Below are positions 63,895-64,000 of a stretch of 64,000 bases of DNA, piece after piece. Location: the NCBI RefSeq assembly GCF_006345805.1, contig NC_043001.1, forward strand, positions 48,980,001-49,044,000, written 5' to 3'. The notes under the pieces are model-generated. The model saw only the letters and a list, made by a program, of their open reading frames with translations, had not been told where the DNA came from and made no database searches. The position numbers and the translations under genes are program-made. Numbering within the stretch: the stretch's first letter is position 1; each line of letters starts with the position of its first letter. Source of the stretch: Octopus sinensis (Eukaryota).

Positions 63895-64000
63895 GGAGAT
63901 CTGGGTTGAGATATCCCCTGGGTGGAGATTTTGGTGTTGCAATTGTTAATTTCCTCCACCGCAGTTTGTACGCCTAGCGGTTATATGTTGATGTTGTTAG

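Overview
Eukaryotic, AT-rich, repeat-dense genomic DNA. The tRNA-derived SINE families and microsatellite style point to an octopus-like coleoid cephalopod (inference). One multi-exon gene can be assembled on the + strand: an opioid growth factor receptor (OGFr/OGFRL1)-like gene with six phase-compatible GT-AG exons from 5572 to 31313. These total 1296 nt (431 aa plus stop); the start exon was not found. A candidate first exon of a second, type II membrane protein gene lies at 42905-43063. Most of the rest is decayed mobile DNA: RTE, CR1/Jockey-like and Tx1-like LINEs, a Ty3/gypsy element, Penelope-like (PLE) fragments, Helitrons, MULE, Tc1/mariner, MITEs and at least three SINE families. The most unusual items are: (i) a ~4.8-copy head-to-tail array of a ~775-bp unit inserted in a (TA)n tract, with a TSD-like 21-mer on both sides and a partial hammerhead-ribozyme geometry in the unit; (ii) several unrelated minimal hammerhead-like motifs; (iii) a heavily diverged mitochondrial rrnL-like kilobase abutting a complex inverted repeat; (iv) a 230-codon low-complexity repeat exon fused to the OGFr domain. 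All calls are by eye; repeat boundaries are approximate and no database searches were run.
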